Of a stretch of DNA of 64,000 bases, positions 1 through 11,821 are shown piece after piece. The notes beneath the pieces are model-generated. The model searched no databases and was not told the origin of the DNA. It saw only the letters and a program-made list of their open reading frames with translations. The DNA lies in assembly GCF_006345805.1 (NCBI RefSeq), contig NC_043005.1, positions 54,870,001 to 54,934,000 on the forward strand, read 5' to 3'. Numbering within the stretch: the stretch's first letter is position 1; every line of letters begins with the position of its first letter. The stretch comes from Octopus sinensis. Lineage: Eukaryota. Both the position numbers and the translations under genes were made by a program.

Positions 1-93
1 TTTTACTGTAAGGAATATGAGACAAATCTAATGAAAGACTTTAATGACAGGAATGTGACACAAATGTATCCAAACATGTATTTTGTAACAAGA

Positions 94-378
94 CCATCAT
101 CATCACCCTCATCATCTTCATCATCATAATCATCATTTTCATCATTATCGTCATTTTCGTTGTCATCATCATCATCACCATCATCGTCATCATCATCCTC
201 ACCATTATCCTCCTCATCATCATCACCAACCTCATCATCATCACCATCCTCATCATCATCATAATCATCTTCATCCTCATCCTCACCTTTATCATCATCA
301 TTTTCATCATTGTCATCATCATTATCATCATTTTCATCATCCTCACAATCATCCTCATCATCATCCTCTTCATCACCA
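94..378. repeat. Degenerate (CAT/TCA)n microsatellite
   Basis: Continuous imperfect TCA repeats; explains the Asp-rich and Met-rich ORFs at 3-398 and 41-379. Confidence 0.95.
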
Positions 379-380
379 AC

Positions 381-702
381 CGGTACTTCTTTTATCAACC
401 CCCAAAAGGATAAAATGAATAGCTGACCTCAGTAGAATTTGAACACAGAATGTAAAGACAGACACAATACCTATTTCTTTACTACCCACAAGGGGCTAAA
501 CACAGAGAGGATAAACAAGGACAGACAAACGGATTAAGTCGATTATATCGACACCAGTGTGTAATTGGTACTTATTTAATCGACCACGAGGATGAAAGGT
601 AAAATCAACCGCGACGGAATTTGAACTCAGAACGTAGCGGCAGACGAAATACCGCTAAGCATTTTCTCTGGCATGATAATCATTCTGACGGCTTGCCACC
701 TT
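381..702 (-). mobile_element. tRNA-derived SINE family A (a fragment plus a near-full copy, tail type 1)
   Basis: Reverse complement reads aaggtggcaagcc...gttctgagttcaaattcc...cctttcatcc...aagtacc, matching many other copies in the window; tail shared with 63868-63990. Confidence 0.8.
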
Positions 703-721
703 CGTAAATCAAGTATAATGC

Positions 722-910
722 TGGTTTCAAATTTTGATACAAGGCCAGAAATTTAGGGGGTTGGTTAGTCAATTACAGCTGCTACTTATTTTATCAACCC
801 CAAAGGCAAAGTCGACCTCAGCAGAATTTGAACTCACAATGTAAAGATGGACGAAATACCACTCAGCATTTTGCCCAGCATGCTAATGATTCTGCTAGCT
901 CACCACCTTC
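722..910 (-). mobile_element. SINE family A (tail type 2)
   Basis: Same body as 381-702; tail ggtttcaaattttgatacaaggccag is shared with 48000-48213 and 51754-51971. Confidence 0.8.
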
Positions 911-999
911 ATACACCAAGTATAATATTGCTAGAACTTATTTTTAATGAGCATTAATTAATGTGCAAAGACAACCCTAATATAAGCCATGTTGCAAAT

Positions 1000-1400
1000 G
1001 TTTGTGATATGATTTGTCTAAGAAAGTTAATTGCACTAGAATTCCCTTCTGCAGTTTAGTCCTCAAATCCTACAACTATTTCAGTTTTCCAGATGTTAGA
1101 TGACATTTTTTTAATTTCCATGAAAGAATTGTTCCAATTTATATTTATGACAGTTGTAATTTCTATAAAAGGATTATCCCAATTTCCATGAAACAATCGT
1201 CTCTAATTTACAAGCAAATCTATGTCAGCTCTCTTAGGAGATTCCATGGGGCCGATATATTTAATAATTCTTCAAAATGTTCTGTTCATTTTTGTGTTCA
1301 GATGATTCAGTTTCTTTTTTTTTTCTTATTTTTTGCTAGTGATAATCATTTTCTTGTCTTCTGTTGTTTCTTTCTTTTTTTCCCCCATTCTATATATTTA
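1000..1400 (-). pseudogene. Possible highly decayed LINE reverse-transcriptase relic
   Basis: Minus-strand fragments such as EHFEELLN, comparable to HYERLLN of the RTE at 32311-34263; many stops and frameshifts. Confidence 0.3.
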
Positions 1401-1413
1401 CCTGAAAGCTTCT

Positions 1414-1471
<58 letters not shown>

Positions 1472-1904
1472 ATGTATGTAATTTTTTTTTTTTAGCTGTC
1501 TAGTAAAAATTGTTCCTGATATTATATTTTCCATCTTCTAGAAAGCTGTTAATGCAATTTCTGTAGCCAACTTAAAGATTCCTCTTTACTAATCTAACAG
1601 TTATTTTGTATTACATTTTTGTCAGCCTTCTGCTACATTTGTTCAAATATTCATCGTTGCTTTCTTATCTTTTTTTTCACTTCTCTTTGCTGTCAAATCA
1701 ACCATGTTTGTGTAGACTCTTTTATTCTTACATTATTCTATACTCACTGAATGCGCCCATGCTGGGACAGCGCTACCTTTAAAGATATCGACTCCAATAC
1801 ATAATTTAGTCTGTCCTCATCTGGGCTAGTCTAACCTGGTCTTGTGTGGTTAAGTTATTACTTTATCAATCTCCATTTATTGAATGACAACGTTTAACAT
1901 TTTC

Positions 1905-2262
1905 AGCCACGTGATTCCAGCTTCACTCCCACTGCATGATACCTTGAGCAAAGAGTGTCTTTTGTTATCAACCTAGGCCAACCAAAGAATTGTGAGTAGA
2001 TTTTGTTGATGGAAACTGAAAGAAGCCCATCATACATATGTATACATCTATGTATTTGTGTCTTTGTATTTGTCCCCCATCACAGTTTAACAACCAGAAT
2101 TTGTTTGTTTACATCCCTGTAACTTAGCAGTTCAGCAAAAGAATTCAATAGAATAGAAATTAGGCAAAAAAAGGAAAAAGGAAAAGTACTGGTGTTGGTT
2201 AATTCAACTAAAACCCTTCAAGGCAGTGCCCCAGCATGGCTGAATTCTAGTGACTAAAGTAA
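1905..2262 (+). mobile_element. SINE family B, decayed copy
   Basis: Collinear with 2575-3004 (cccactgcatg..gatggaaactgaaagaagccc..gtaacttagcagttc..ccagcatggc). Confidence 0.75.
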
Positions 2263-2574
2263 CTAGCTTATAAAGGTTAAAAGATGATTAACACAAAGGG
2301 ATATTGCTCAGTATAGACATACAAACATACATATGCACACATACGCATATACACATACACGTATTCTTTGAAAATTCTGCAGAATTCAGTGAATGCCTGG
2401 TTAACAAACAGCATGGAAGCTATGGACATCATGTGAAGTCAACTGCCAGTGAAATAGTCTCAACCACAGGCATTGCTGGTGTTTTACATAAAAAATGGTC
2501 AGTGATGGTCTTTTATGATCACAAGTGGACAACTTTCATCATCATCATATATATATATATATGTTATATATATA

Positions 2575-3004
2575 GGTACAGGAGTGGCTGTGTGGTAAGT
2601 AGCTTGCTTACCAACCAATGGTTCTGGGTTCAGTCCCACTGCATGGTACCTTGGGCAAGTGTCTTCTACTATAGCCTCAGGCTGACCAAAGCCTTATGAG
2701 TGGATTTGGTAGATGGAAACTGAAAGAAGCCTATTGTATATATATATATATATATACATATATGTTTGTGTGTGTGTGTGTTTGTGTGTGTGTATGTTTG
2801 TGTGTCTGTGTTTGACCCCCCACCAACGCTTGACAACTGATGTTGGTGTGTTTACGTCGCAGTAACTTAGCAGTTTGGCAAAAAAGACTAATAGAATAAG
2901 TACTAGGCTTACAAAGAATAAGTCCTGGGGTTGATTTATTAGACTAAAGGTGGTGCTCCAGCATTGTTGCCGTCAAATGACTGAAACAAATAAAAAGAAA
3001 AAGA
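2575..3004 (+). mobile_element. tRNA-derived SINE family B with internal TA/TG microsatellite
   Basis: A-box-like TGGCTGTGTGG and B-box-like GGTTCAGTCCC, central microsatellite, A-rich tail; many copies in the window. Confidence 0.85.
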
Positions 3005-3031
3005 ATGTATACATATATATGTAAATATATA

Positions 3032-4223
3032 CGAGGTCTGATCAAAAAGCATCCGGATTGTTACTGTAGTGATCCGACAACGGCGCGCGCTCGCGCACCG
3101 CCCATTTGTATTTCGCGCGTGTTGGTGCCTTTACCAAGGCACAGAAAGGAAGGCCCCTCTCACGCATGCGCGAACCACCGGTGTAACGACCCTATTGCCT
3201 ACGTAGCAGTTAGCGAGGCAAGGGGGTCGTAGAACGTTTGACCGCTAGCAGCAGCAGCCAATGACTTGGGAACCAGCGATTGAAGGCGACGGTCACGCGT
3301 ATATTCTCTCTCCGTCAGGGCTTGATTCTAGCAGCAGTCGGCCGAAATACCTTTAACCAAATTGTTGCCGACCACATTTCAACTTCCCTGTTCGACGCCA
3401 TTTTGACCCCTTTCTGTTTTTGGGCTGGACATTGTAAATATTACAATCTATTAACTTATAGCGGTGCGCACCCGAACCTAGGACATCAGATAACACACTT
3501 ATTGTTATTGTTTACCAAGAAAGAGAATAAAGTAGTTATATGTATATTTTACGTCTGCGTCCTGTTGTTTCTGACTAGTAGAATTCTGGATTATTAAAGC
3601 AACGGCTAGTGAGTGATTGCTTTGTGCACCCCAAAAGTGCACGAGGATATTCACTCACACGAAGTTCGTTACATTACCATAGTAACAAAGCTAAAGCAGG
3701 CAGAGTGAAACCGCTTGGCATGTGCATTAAGTTTAAGCATTCTAGCTCACTTCTGTTGTTTATAGCAGTGCTTGGAAGGCACGTGTGTTACATGTGACTG
3801 TCACATTGACCATGACAAAGAAAGTTGTCATGATGATACCTGCTCAAAGTCCTAAGTAAAGTTGCAGAAAGTGTATAGAGAGGAGTGTATGAGCCACTCA
3901 CAAGTGTTTGAGAGGTTCAGATGTTACCAAGATGGCTGCAAAAAATGTTGAAATAGACGAATGTTCTGGGAGACCCACAACCAGCAGAGCTGAAAAAAAC
4001 AGTGCAAATGTGCATGCAGTTGTGAGAGGAAATTATTGAATCACCATCAGTGAGTTATCAGAGGAGGATGTGCAGATTAGTTATGCTTCAGTTTACCTTA
4101 TTATCACTGAATATTTGGGTATGAGATACATGTCTACCAAATTTGTGCCAAGACTCTTTTCAACTAACCAAAGAGACACTTGGGTTTCAGTTGCACAAGA
4201 TCTCCTTGATTGTGTTGAGAATG
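3032..4223 (+). mobile_element. mariner-family DNA transposon relic (left TIR plus N-terminal transposase), interrupted by a solo LTR
   Basis: TA followed by CGAGGTCTGATCAAAAAG TIR-like start; 3860-4223 translates with frameshifts to KLQKVYREECMS..SGRPTTS..ITISELSEE..LGMRYMSTKFVPRL (HTH region and WVPxxL-like motif). Confidence 0.8.
3065..3673 (+). mobile_element. Solo LTR (Gypsy-like, 4-bp TSD)
   Basis: GC/CpG-rich 609-bp segment TGTAGTGA...TCGTTACA, flanked by the direct repeat TTAC (3061-3064 and 3674-3677); AATAAA near 3526. Confidence 0.75.
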
Positions 4224-5075
4224 TCCGTGGAGTTGTTAGCTAACTCCTCCTACATCGGTTTTATCAATTTTGATGAAACTTGACATGTGAGTAGAACTCA
4301 TGTCTGAAAACGTCATGGCATACTCAGATTGCTGAAAAAATCGATATTAGGGCCGCTGGATGGGATCCTTTTATATATATCTAATATATCTTATTTTAAA
4401 AACCAAGGGAAATAACCCGTTCACTCCTGGAAGGGATCCTTATATATAGCCAAAGGGAATAACCCATTCATTTTCCTAAATTATTTGGTAAAAATGAAAT
4501 TGAGTATGCTTATTTCTTAGTATCTGTACTGTTAGAGTTATTTTCGCAATTTATCCAGTACAACCCTTAAACAAGTAAATAGTAATTTCCTAAACAATAG
4601 GTCCGCTTATTTCGGTTAGTGACTTATTCACAGATATACCAACGCTAGTGCCCCTGAGGGAACGCACAAAAGCCTTTTTCATAGTTATTTACTTTGAATT
4701 GTTAGCATCTCATATCTGATTAGTTTGTTATTACATAACATGTTTCACGATTTTAGTATACATACATTATTACTATTTCCTCCTATGTTCTATATACTCT
4801 GGGAACACATTAAAGCCCTTTTCGGGGCTACTTATCAGGAAACTTACTTCATGTTATTACATAACTGACTTCACAATTTGGGTATTCATAACTTATTGTG
4901 AAGTCCTAAAAACAAGATCCTGTGTAAGATAGTTTCCGTATTCTCTGTAAATGCACAAAAGCCATTTTAAGGGCTGTATACTTTGTATTGTCTTTATTGG
5001 ATTAGCAAAACAACTATGAGAATGGAACCAAGGGATAAGCCACACTTTCCTGGGAATTACCAGGTACATCAGCTA

Positions 5076-5076
<1 letters not shown>
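4224..5076 (+). mobile_element. Non-autonomous Helitron-like element
   Basis: 3' end has hairpin CCTGG-gaatta-CCAGG then CTAG|T (5073-5077); 5' part ctaactcctcctacat resembles ctaactactcccacat of 27436-27833; 5' boundary uncertain. Confidence 0.55.
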
Positions 5077-5142
<66 letters not shown>

Positions 5143-5159
5143 CATATATATATATTTAC

Positions 5160-5193
<34 letters not shown>

Positions 5194-5810
5194 GGATAAA
5201 TATATATTTGTATATATTTATATATACATATATACACACACAAATATATATACAAACATATGTATGTGTGTGTGTGCATGCATACATACACATACACGTA
5301 CACACACACACATACATACACATATATTATATACTTGTGCACACATGCAAAACTAGTTGATATGAAATAAATATTAATACATTTTATTGTTAAGAAGAAG
5401 AACAACAACAACAACAAAATATACATTTATTACAGAAAAAAAAGATGCATTTTCGGTGTTACTTCAATGAGTGTCTCCTTCTTTTAAAACATCCGTCTAT
5501 GTCTATATCAGTGGCTAATGTTTCACCTATTGATGATATTATCTGATTGGCACAATTAGATATGTAGTTTAACAAAGCAAAATAAAAAAAAAAGGAAAAA
5601 AGGCCATGATACAAAGAGTTGATGGCATGAAAGCCACGGAGCAGAATATGAATATGTTATTTCATACCCTATCTCCTGCAGTTTTTTCCCATTATCTATC
5701 AATCTAAAAGACTTTCATTTATTCTTTTTATCTTTTATTTTATTTTTTTTACCATCCATAGATAGACACATTTCTGTCTTTATTGTTTTTCATATTAATT
5801 TTTATATAGC

Positions 5811-5992
5811 ATTATAATAATAATAATAATAATAATAATAGTAATAATAATAATAATAATAATAGTAATAATAATGATAATAATAATAATAATAACGGCA
5901 ACAATAATAATAATAGTAACAATAATAATAATAATAGTAACAATAATAATAATAATAGTAACAATAACAATGATGATGATTATGATGATAAT
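5811..5992. repeat. (TAA)n microsatellite
   Basis: Direct reading of the sequence. Confidence 0.95.
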
Positions 5993-6413
5993 ACAAAAGA
6001 AAAGGCAGAATGTCTTCTGATTATTTCTTGAATGTCAGCTGGACAAACAGAACTGTTATTTAGAATTTCTACTTCACTTTTAAATATTTTCTCCCCTATT
6101 TGAATGTTAAGTAGATGACTCACAGACTTTCATTATGTACACCCTTTAACTGCTATCCCTTCTAACTCATATAAATGTCATAGGTTAAAAAGAGAGCTTA
6201 AAGATATCTAAGTAAGTACCGATTTCGCCGCATACACATGCATTTACACCACACTCGCACACATGTACATACGTACATATATACATACATACATGTATAT
6301 ATATTTGTATGTATGTATATATGTATGTGCATATACATATATGTGTGTGTGTGTGTGTGTCTATATATATGTGTATGTATGTATATATATATATATATAT
6401 ATATATAGTTATA

Positions 6414-6444
<31 letters not shown>

Positions 6445-6519
6445 GATATATGTATGTATGTATGCATGTATGTATGTATGTATATATGTAAATGCGAGTG
6501 TGGGCAGAAACAAACTCAC

Positions 6520-6775
6520 ACTTTATCCATTATGTCAGTGAGTCACCACAGAGTTCTTCCTTCCGTGTTCATGTTGAGAATCAAGGTAGAATACAGGAGA
6601 GAGGAGAGAGGGGTGATGTGGACAGCCCATCACCCCACTCATTCCCATCTCCACCACAAATGCCCCTTCCCTTTGTTGCTATTTTGCCTCCTACACATCT
6701 ATGGAAGGATGAAGGGCTTGGGCTCTGCACGGCAACTTAACAAAGAAATCACTCTTCAATTATTCACATGTGACC
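6520..6775 (-). other. Candidate spliced exon (non-coding or 5'UTR)
   Basis: Minus-strand acceptor tttttttactgtttgttttAG and donor GTGAGT bracket unique purine-rich sequence; early stops in all frames; ATG GAT AAA just before the donor. Confidence 0.35.
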
Positions 6776-6974
6776 CTAAAACAAACAGTAAAAAAATAAA
6801 ATATAGTAAATCCTTGACAACAGCCCAAAGTACAGGTTTAAATTTTAAAAACTTATTTATTTTTGTTTTTAATGAATTAATCAGATCAGATGGGGCATTG
6901 CCCTTCATTTTCACAGGACCTTGTTCGATGAATATAGTTGATATTCAAGTTGAGATTTATTTGACCACATGGAT

Positions 6975-7540
6975 GTTCTGTGGCAGATATCTGAGAGAAA
7001 CTCTCATATTGGATTTTGGTGCAAAATGAATACTTGTTTATACCACTAAAGGGGAGATAAATCCCTGCCACCTCCAGCAAGAAGATGACCAGATTACATG
7101 ATTCTGATCTTCTTTGGTTTAGTCAATGACAAAGACTTGACTGCTAGAGATAGCAGCAACTCATCTCCTTGCCAGTGACATATAGAATAACAGTGCAAAA
7201 CCAGGCACTGGTGTCACAGTTAACCAGTGTGCTTGTTAAGAAATATATATTAGTGACAGAGATAATATTTATCCCTACCCAAACGTGGATGCTCTGTTAG
7301 AACAAACTATAATGTGGTAGATACCATGAGAGAAACTCTCATATTGGTTTTTGATGCAAAACACACTCTTGTCTATATCACTAGAGGGGAGATAAATCCC
7401 TGCCATCTCCAACACCAAGACTTTAACATTCCATGGTCTTGTCAATGTTGGATGCTTGACTGCTAGTAATAGCAGTGACTGATCTCCTCACCAGTGATAT
7501 ATAGAAAACAGTGCCAGAACTGGCATTGCACTAGTGTCAT
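6975..7540. repeat. Diverged direct duplication (~240 bp x2)
   Basis: gagagaaactctcatattgg..ggggagataaatccctgcca..ttgactgctag..ccagtga occurs at ~6992 and ~7329. Confidence 0.8.
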
Positions 7541-7552
7541 GGTTTTCTTTGG

Positions 7553-7911
7553 GTTGAGTAGCCCATCCTGCTTAAAAGGTCCCTGAATAAGGGTTACTTA
7601 GGGATAATGAACGAAACACCCCTGCTTCCTGTGGTGAATTATTCAAAAAACCAAAGAATTCCTCTCAAAACATGGCTATGATGCTCCCCCAATACTTCTG
7701 CTCATGATCAGAGGTGTACATATTATCAGCCATTAAGGGGCATCTTCAACTGGTTATGGTCAAGCAACTGACAAGCAAATCTGTGATATTGAGCAGAATA
7801 TTTGTTGTAGCCCATCTTTTACACCAAGACAAAACATGTACATGATAACTCTTCCAATCAGTTAGGATCAGAAGGCTTAAGAACCATAGCTTGGTATTGC
7901 ATCAGGGCATT
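7553..7911 (-). mobile_element. (TAA)n-associated interspersed element, upstream part
   Basis: ttgagtagcccatcc..aaaaggtccctgaataagg is the reverse complement of 53907-53948; abuts a TAA tract. Confidence 0.6.
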
Positions 7912-7924
7912 AATTATTATTAAT

Positions 7925-8400
7925 ATTATTCATATATGCACAACAGGTTAGCCTGTTGGAAAAGAAAAATTCCTAGCATCAGGACACAACGAGTCACCTT
8001 AGATGCCAAGAACCCTCCTAAGTATCCTAATAAATCTGTTTTCAGGATCTGTACTAAACTGGGTTTTATGCCTATTTCCTCTATACATCTGATCAAATCT
8101 TTAGAGATAGTTCCTAATGTACCTATAACCACTGGGATACACTTTACCCATGCTTTCTATAGCTTCTGTAATTCAATGGCTAGGTTCTGGTACTTTGTTA
8201 TGTTTTCTATAACTCTCATATTGATTTTTTCATCATTTGGGACTGTAAAGTCAATTATCTGGCACTTTCTATTCTCTTCATCTACTACTACAAAATTAGG
8301 CCTTCTAGCTCCTATTATTCTGTCAGTCTGAATATTTAAGTCCCATAACATTTTATTTTTCTTATTTTCTAGTCCTTTTGTCAGTATGGTAAAATCCTAG
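7925..8400 (-). pseudogene. R4/Dong-like non-LTR retrotransposon restriction-like endonuclease (RLE) relic
   Basis: WDLNIQTDRIIGARRPN..CQIIDFTVP..KYQNLAIEL..PVVIGTLG matches the PD..D..KY..L..P.VIG.LG pattern of RLE C-termini; flanked by TTA tracts on both sides. Confidence 0.8.
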
Positions 8401-8484
8401 CTCTCTACATAACTCCCAGTGGAATGATCTCCCTAGGTTGTCATTAATATTATTATCATTATTATTATTATTACTATTATTATT

Positions 8485-8790
8485 AAGGTGGCAAGCTGGC
8501 AGAATCATTAGCACACCGGGTGATATGCTTTCTGGCATTTCATCTGTGTCTATGTTCTGAGTTCAAATTCTGATGGAGGATCAACCTAGCCCTTTCCTCT
8601 GGGGTTGATTAATCAAAGTATACCTCACTATACAAGTTTCCAACCAACAAGCTGGCAGAATCATTAGCACACCGGGTGATATGCTTTCTGGCATTTCATC
8701 TGTGTCTATGTTCTGAGTTCAAATTCTGATGAGGTCAACCTAGCCTTTCATCTGGGGTTGATGTAATCAATTATACCTCACTATACATGT
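8485..8790 (+). mobile_element. Two tandem SINE family A copies
   Basis: caagctggcagaatcattagcacaccgggtgatatgctttctggc.. repeated almost identically at ~8492 and ~8648. Confidence 0.85.
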
Positions 8791-9618
8791 GCCAACAGAT
8801 CAATTTTCACTCACATACCCTCACATAAGCACATACACAGCAGAAGGATGAGAGGAAAAGAGACAGACTCCAATTGATGTAGCATGACTAGTAACCATAG
8901 CACTAAGAAAATAAAAATAGTATTAAAACAATAACAGAAATATAAATAACAAAATAATCACAATGACAGCAACAACAAAAATAATGATTTCTTCTATTGA
9001 CTATAAGGTCTCAAGGTACTGAGGACAATATCACAAAAAATGTGAGGTTTGATTGATCAAAAGGAGACATAACAACAACCAAGATAAAAAAGTGATATAA
9101 AAATTGAATTCATAAAAAAAGTATCTCTAACAGTATGGAAGTATACCTAGAGTAATTCAGGGAAAAATCCACACAAAAAGGCCCAGATTACACTGCTGTC
9201 TCCAAGGTAGTGAAAGTACCCTTTTCTAGTTTCTTTCTTCCTATTTAGAAAAGCATACTGAGGACAGGCCCATTTAAACTCACTTGTCTCATCACTCATA
9301 CCCCTTTTTGATAGGCACACTAGAGAGAAGTACCCCTCTCTCTAGTTTTATCCTTCTCTTCATATGTTATTTGAAGAAATTGATGCTTGACCAGGTAAGA
9401 AAGTGCCTGACTTCAAACCTTTCAGACTTGTCCACCAATTAAAGTATTTTTTATCTTTTATCTTTTACTGATTTCAGTCATTGGGTTGCAACCATGCTGA
9501 GACACCACCTTGAAGGCTTTCATTGAAAAACATCAACCCTAATATTAATTTTTGAGCTTGGTACTTGTCAGTCTCTTTTGTGTATGTGTGTATCCATGTG
9601 TGCATGTGTGTGTGTGTG

Positions 9619-9651
<33 letters not shown>

Positions 9652-9713
9652 ATGTAGATATATATGTGTGTGTGTGTATATATATGTGTGTGTATATATA
9701 TATATATATAAAT

Positions 9714-10041
9714 TTCGTTATACGTATAAAGATACCATAAGCAATATAAAAAAATGGAGAAAAGATGTTAAATAAATCAAAATTAGATTTAATAAGTACA
9801 TACGAATGTTTCAAAGGGCAATACAAATATGTAAGAAAAAATTGTAATAATTATAATTATGATTAAAGTTATGCATTGTCATTCTCGTCAGTGTAAGGAG
9901 TTTAAGGGAAAAACATCCAAGAAAGTTACTACTTTCAAGAAGGAAAAACGAAAGAATTTACTTATTAAATCTAATTTTGGCTTTTTAGCATCTTTTCTCC
10001 ATTTTTAGAATTCTTTATGGCACCTTTATACCCATAACGAA
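9714..10041. repeat. Imperfect ~85-bp inverted repeat enclosing a hammerhead-like motif
   Basis: 9714-9798 is a diverged reverse complement of ~9959-10041; starts right after a TA tract. Confidence 0.8.
9797..9895 (-). ncRNA. Type I hammerhead ribozyme-like motif
   Basis: taca-CTGACGA-gaatgacaatgca..tgtattgcccttt-GAAAC-attc-GTA-tgta; stem I 4 bp, stem II 11 of 13 paired. Confidence 0.65.
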
Positions 10042-10559
10042 CTTTTTCAATTGTTATTTTCATATTCTCATTGCTTGCTCTAGCGGGATATTTCTGAATA
10101 TGATGAATTTTTATTAGAAATTATTTTCTCTCTTTTTGGACTCCTCAAAAAGTTTGAATTGTTCTACTTGAACTTATATTTTTCTCTCTCTCTATATATA
10201 TATATCAGTCACAATATATGGATTCATGTAATCTGGTAGTACTCATAAAAAATAGTTCTTTAATGTATCATTCTACAAAACATATATAATATATAGTACA
10301 GTACAAGATGACAAGGAGTGTATAAAGTCGTAAATGACAGAGAAATACTTTGATGAATTTATTTAACAATAAGAAAATTCAAATATCTCAACAAATTGTT
10401 TCATAACCTAAAAACATGTAAATAATTTATATCATTATATTTAATAAATATATAAATAAATATTTTGTTTAGGCATTGCAACACTAATAACCTGTTGTAA
10501 AACTCAATATACATATGCTTCAAAATGAAGTGTTAAACAAACTGCACTTCATGTTCAAG

Positions 10560-10640
10560 TCTCTGATGAAGCTATATGTTGGTGTTATTCAGGCACTCAA
10601 TGTGAGTTTACTGCATCTTATAGCAGAAACAGCTGTTAGA
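10560..10640 (+). ncRNA. Type I hammerhead ribozyme-like motif
   Basis: tct-CTGATGA-a-gctata..tatagc-a-GAAAC-agct-GTT-aga; palindromic stem III ACAGCTGT. Confidence 0.65.
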
Positions 10641-10729
10641 AAATGAGTTAATAAGATAATCATTTTTTTTATCATCTCATTCCATATACATGCATTACAC
10701 ACACACCCACCACACACAATATATATATA

Positions 10730-10761
<32 letters not shown>

Positions 10762-10898
10762 TACGGAGATGTACTCGCATAGCAAGTAATTTGATCTGAA
10801 GATCGTGTGTGCTGAAACGAAAAACAATTGCAGCGTGGAAGGTGTTTATAAGCATTTAAGAAAAACCACCAAAAGCCGTTCGATTCACTCCAAACATT

Positions 10899-11035
10899 TA
10901 AGTTTAATTTGTCAAAATATTTTCGTCGCTAAAATCCGCGACCTGTTCACTGACAAAGTCGTGCTGCAGCACGGACTTTGTCAGTGAACAGGTCGCGGAT
11001 TTTAGCGACGAAAATATTTTGACAAATTAAACTTA
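10899..11035. repeat. Near-perfect 137-bp palindrome without spacer
   Basis: Arms 10899-10966 and 10967-11035 are reverse complements except one extra G; centre ctg|cag. Confidence 0.95.
10977..11026 (+). ncRNA. Hammerhead-like motif with G3-C8 core variant (mirror copy on the minus strand in the left arm)
   Basis: tttgtca-GTGAACA-g-gtcgc-ggatttta-gcgac-GAAA-atat-TT-tgacaaa; 7-bp stem I, 5-bp stem II, palindromic AATATT stem III. Confidence 0.5.
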
Positions 11036-11779
11036 CAGCACCACCAGCACCACCAACAACAACAACAACAGCCATGAAAATCTTTGATTTCTCATCAAGA
11101 AATTGAACCTTTGCACTTTTACATGGAATCATTATTGTATTCTATAAACAGTTTAACAGCCAAATTAGTTTATATGATAAATACTTTTTGGCAAATAATG
11201 GGGTTGTTTGCCTTTTCGTTTGTTATTTATTTTGCTGTTGTTGTTGTTTTTTTGCAAATATTTCGTATAGGAAGTGGTTTTAATGTTAAGAAATGTGCTG
11301 TAACCTTACAAAATTTAAGTTGATGTAGAAATTAACAGCAATCAAACAACTTCTGTTTTTTTGTTAATATTTTTATGATTTATGTTAAATAATATGAGCT
11401 TTATAATTGATTTCTTTAGCTCTTCAATATATTGCCAAGTTCTCTGATACTGCAAAACATTACCGGAATGGAATTGAAAACAAATAAAAAGATTATTTCC
11501 AGTTTTCTCAGATACAAAACATTCTGGTAAGTTTTAAATTAGAAGAAATGTGAATTGGCTCAGAAAACTAAAAAGTAATTTAATGTCTACAAATTCTAAA
11601 TATTTTTTTTCTTCTTGTTAATTTTTTGCCTGATTAGTTGTTAATATTAAATATATCAGAAGTAATTAAGAAATATTGCGGTGGGGAGGAATGTCCAATC
11701 TATATTTCACACTTATAAATCAAAGGGAAACGGAATACATATATACATACATAAAAACACACACACATATATGTATGTA

Positions 11780-11821
<42 letters not shown>

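Noticed and set aside
3-398. Asp/Glu-rich 131-aa ORF and Met-rich overlapping ORF
   Set aside because: Translation of a (CAT)n microsatellite.
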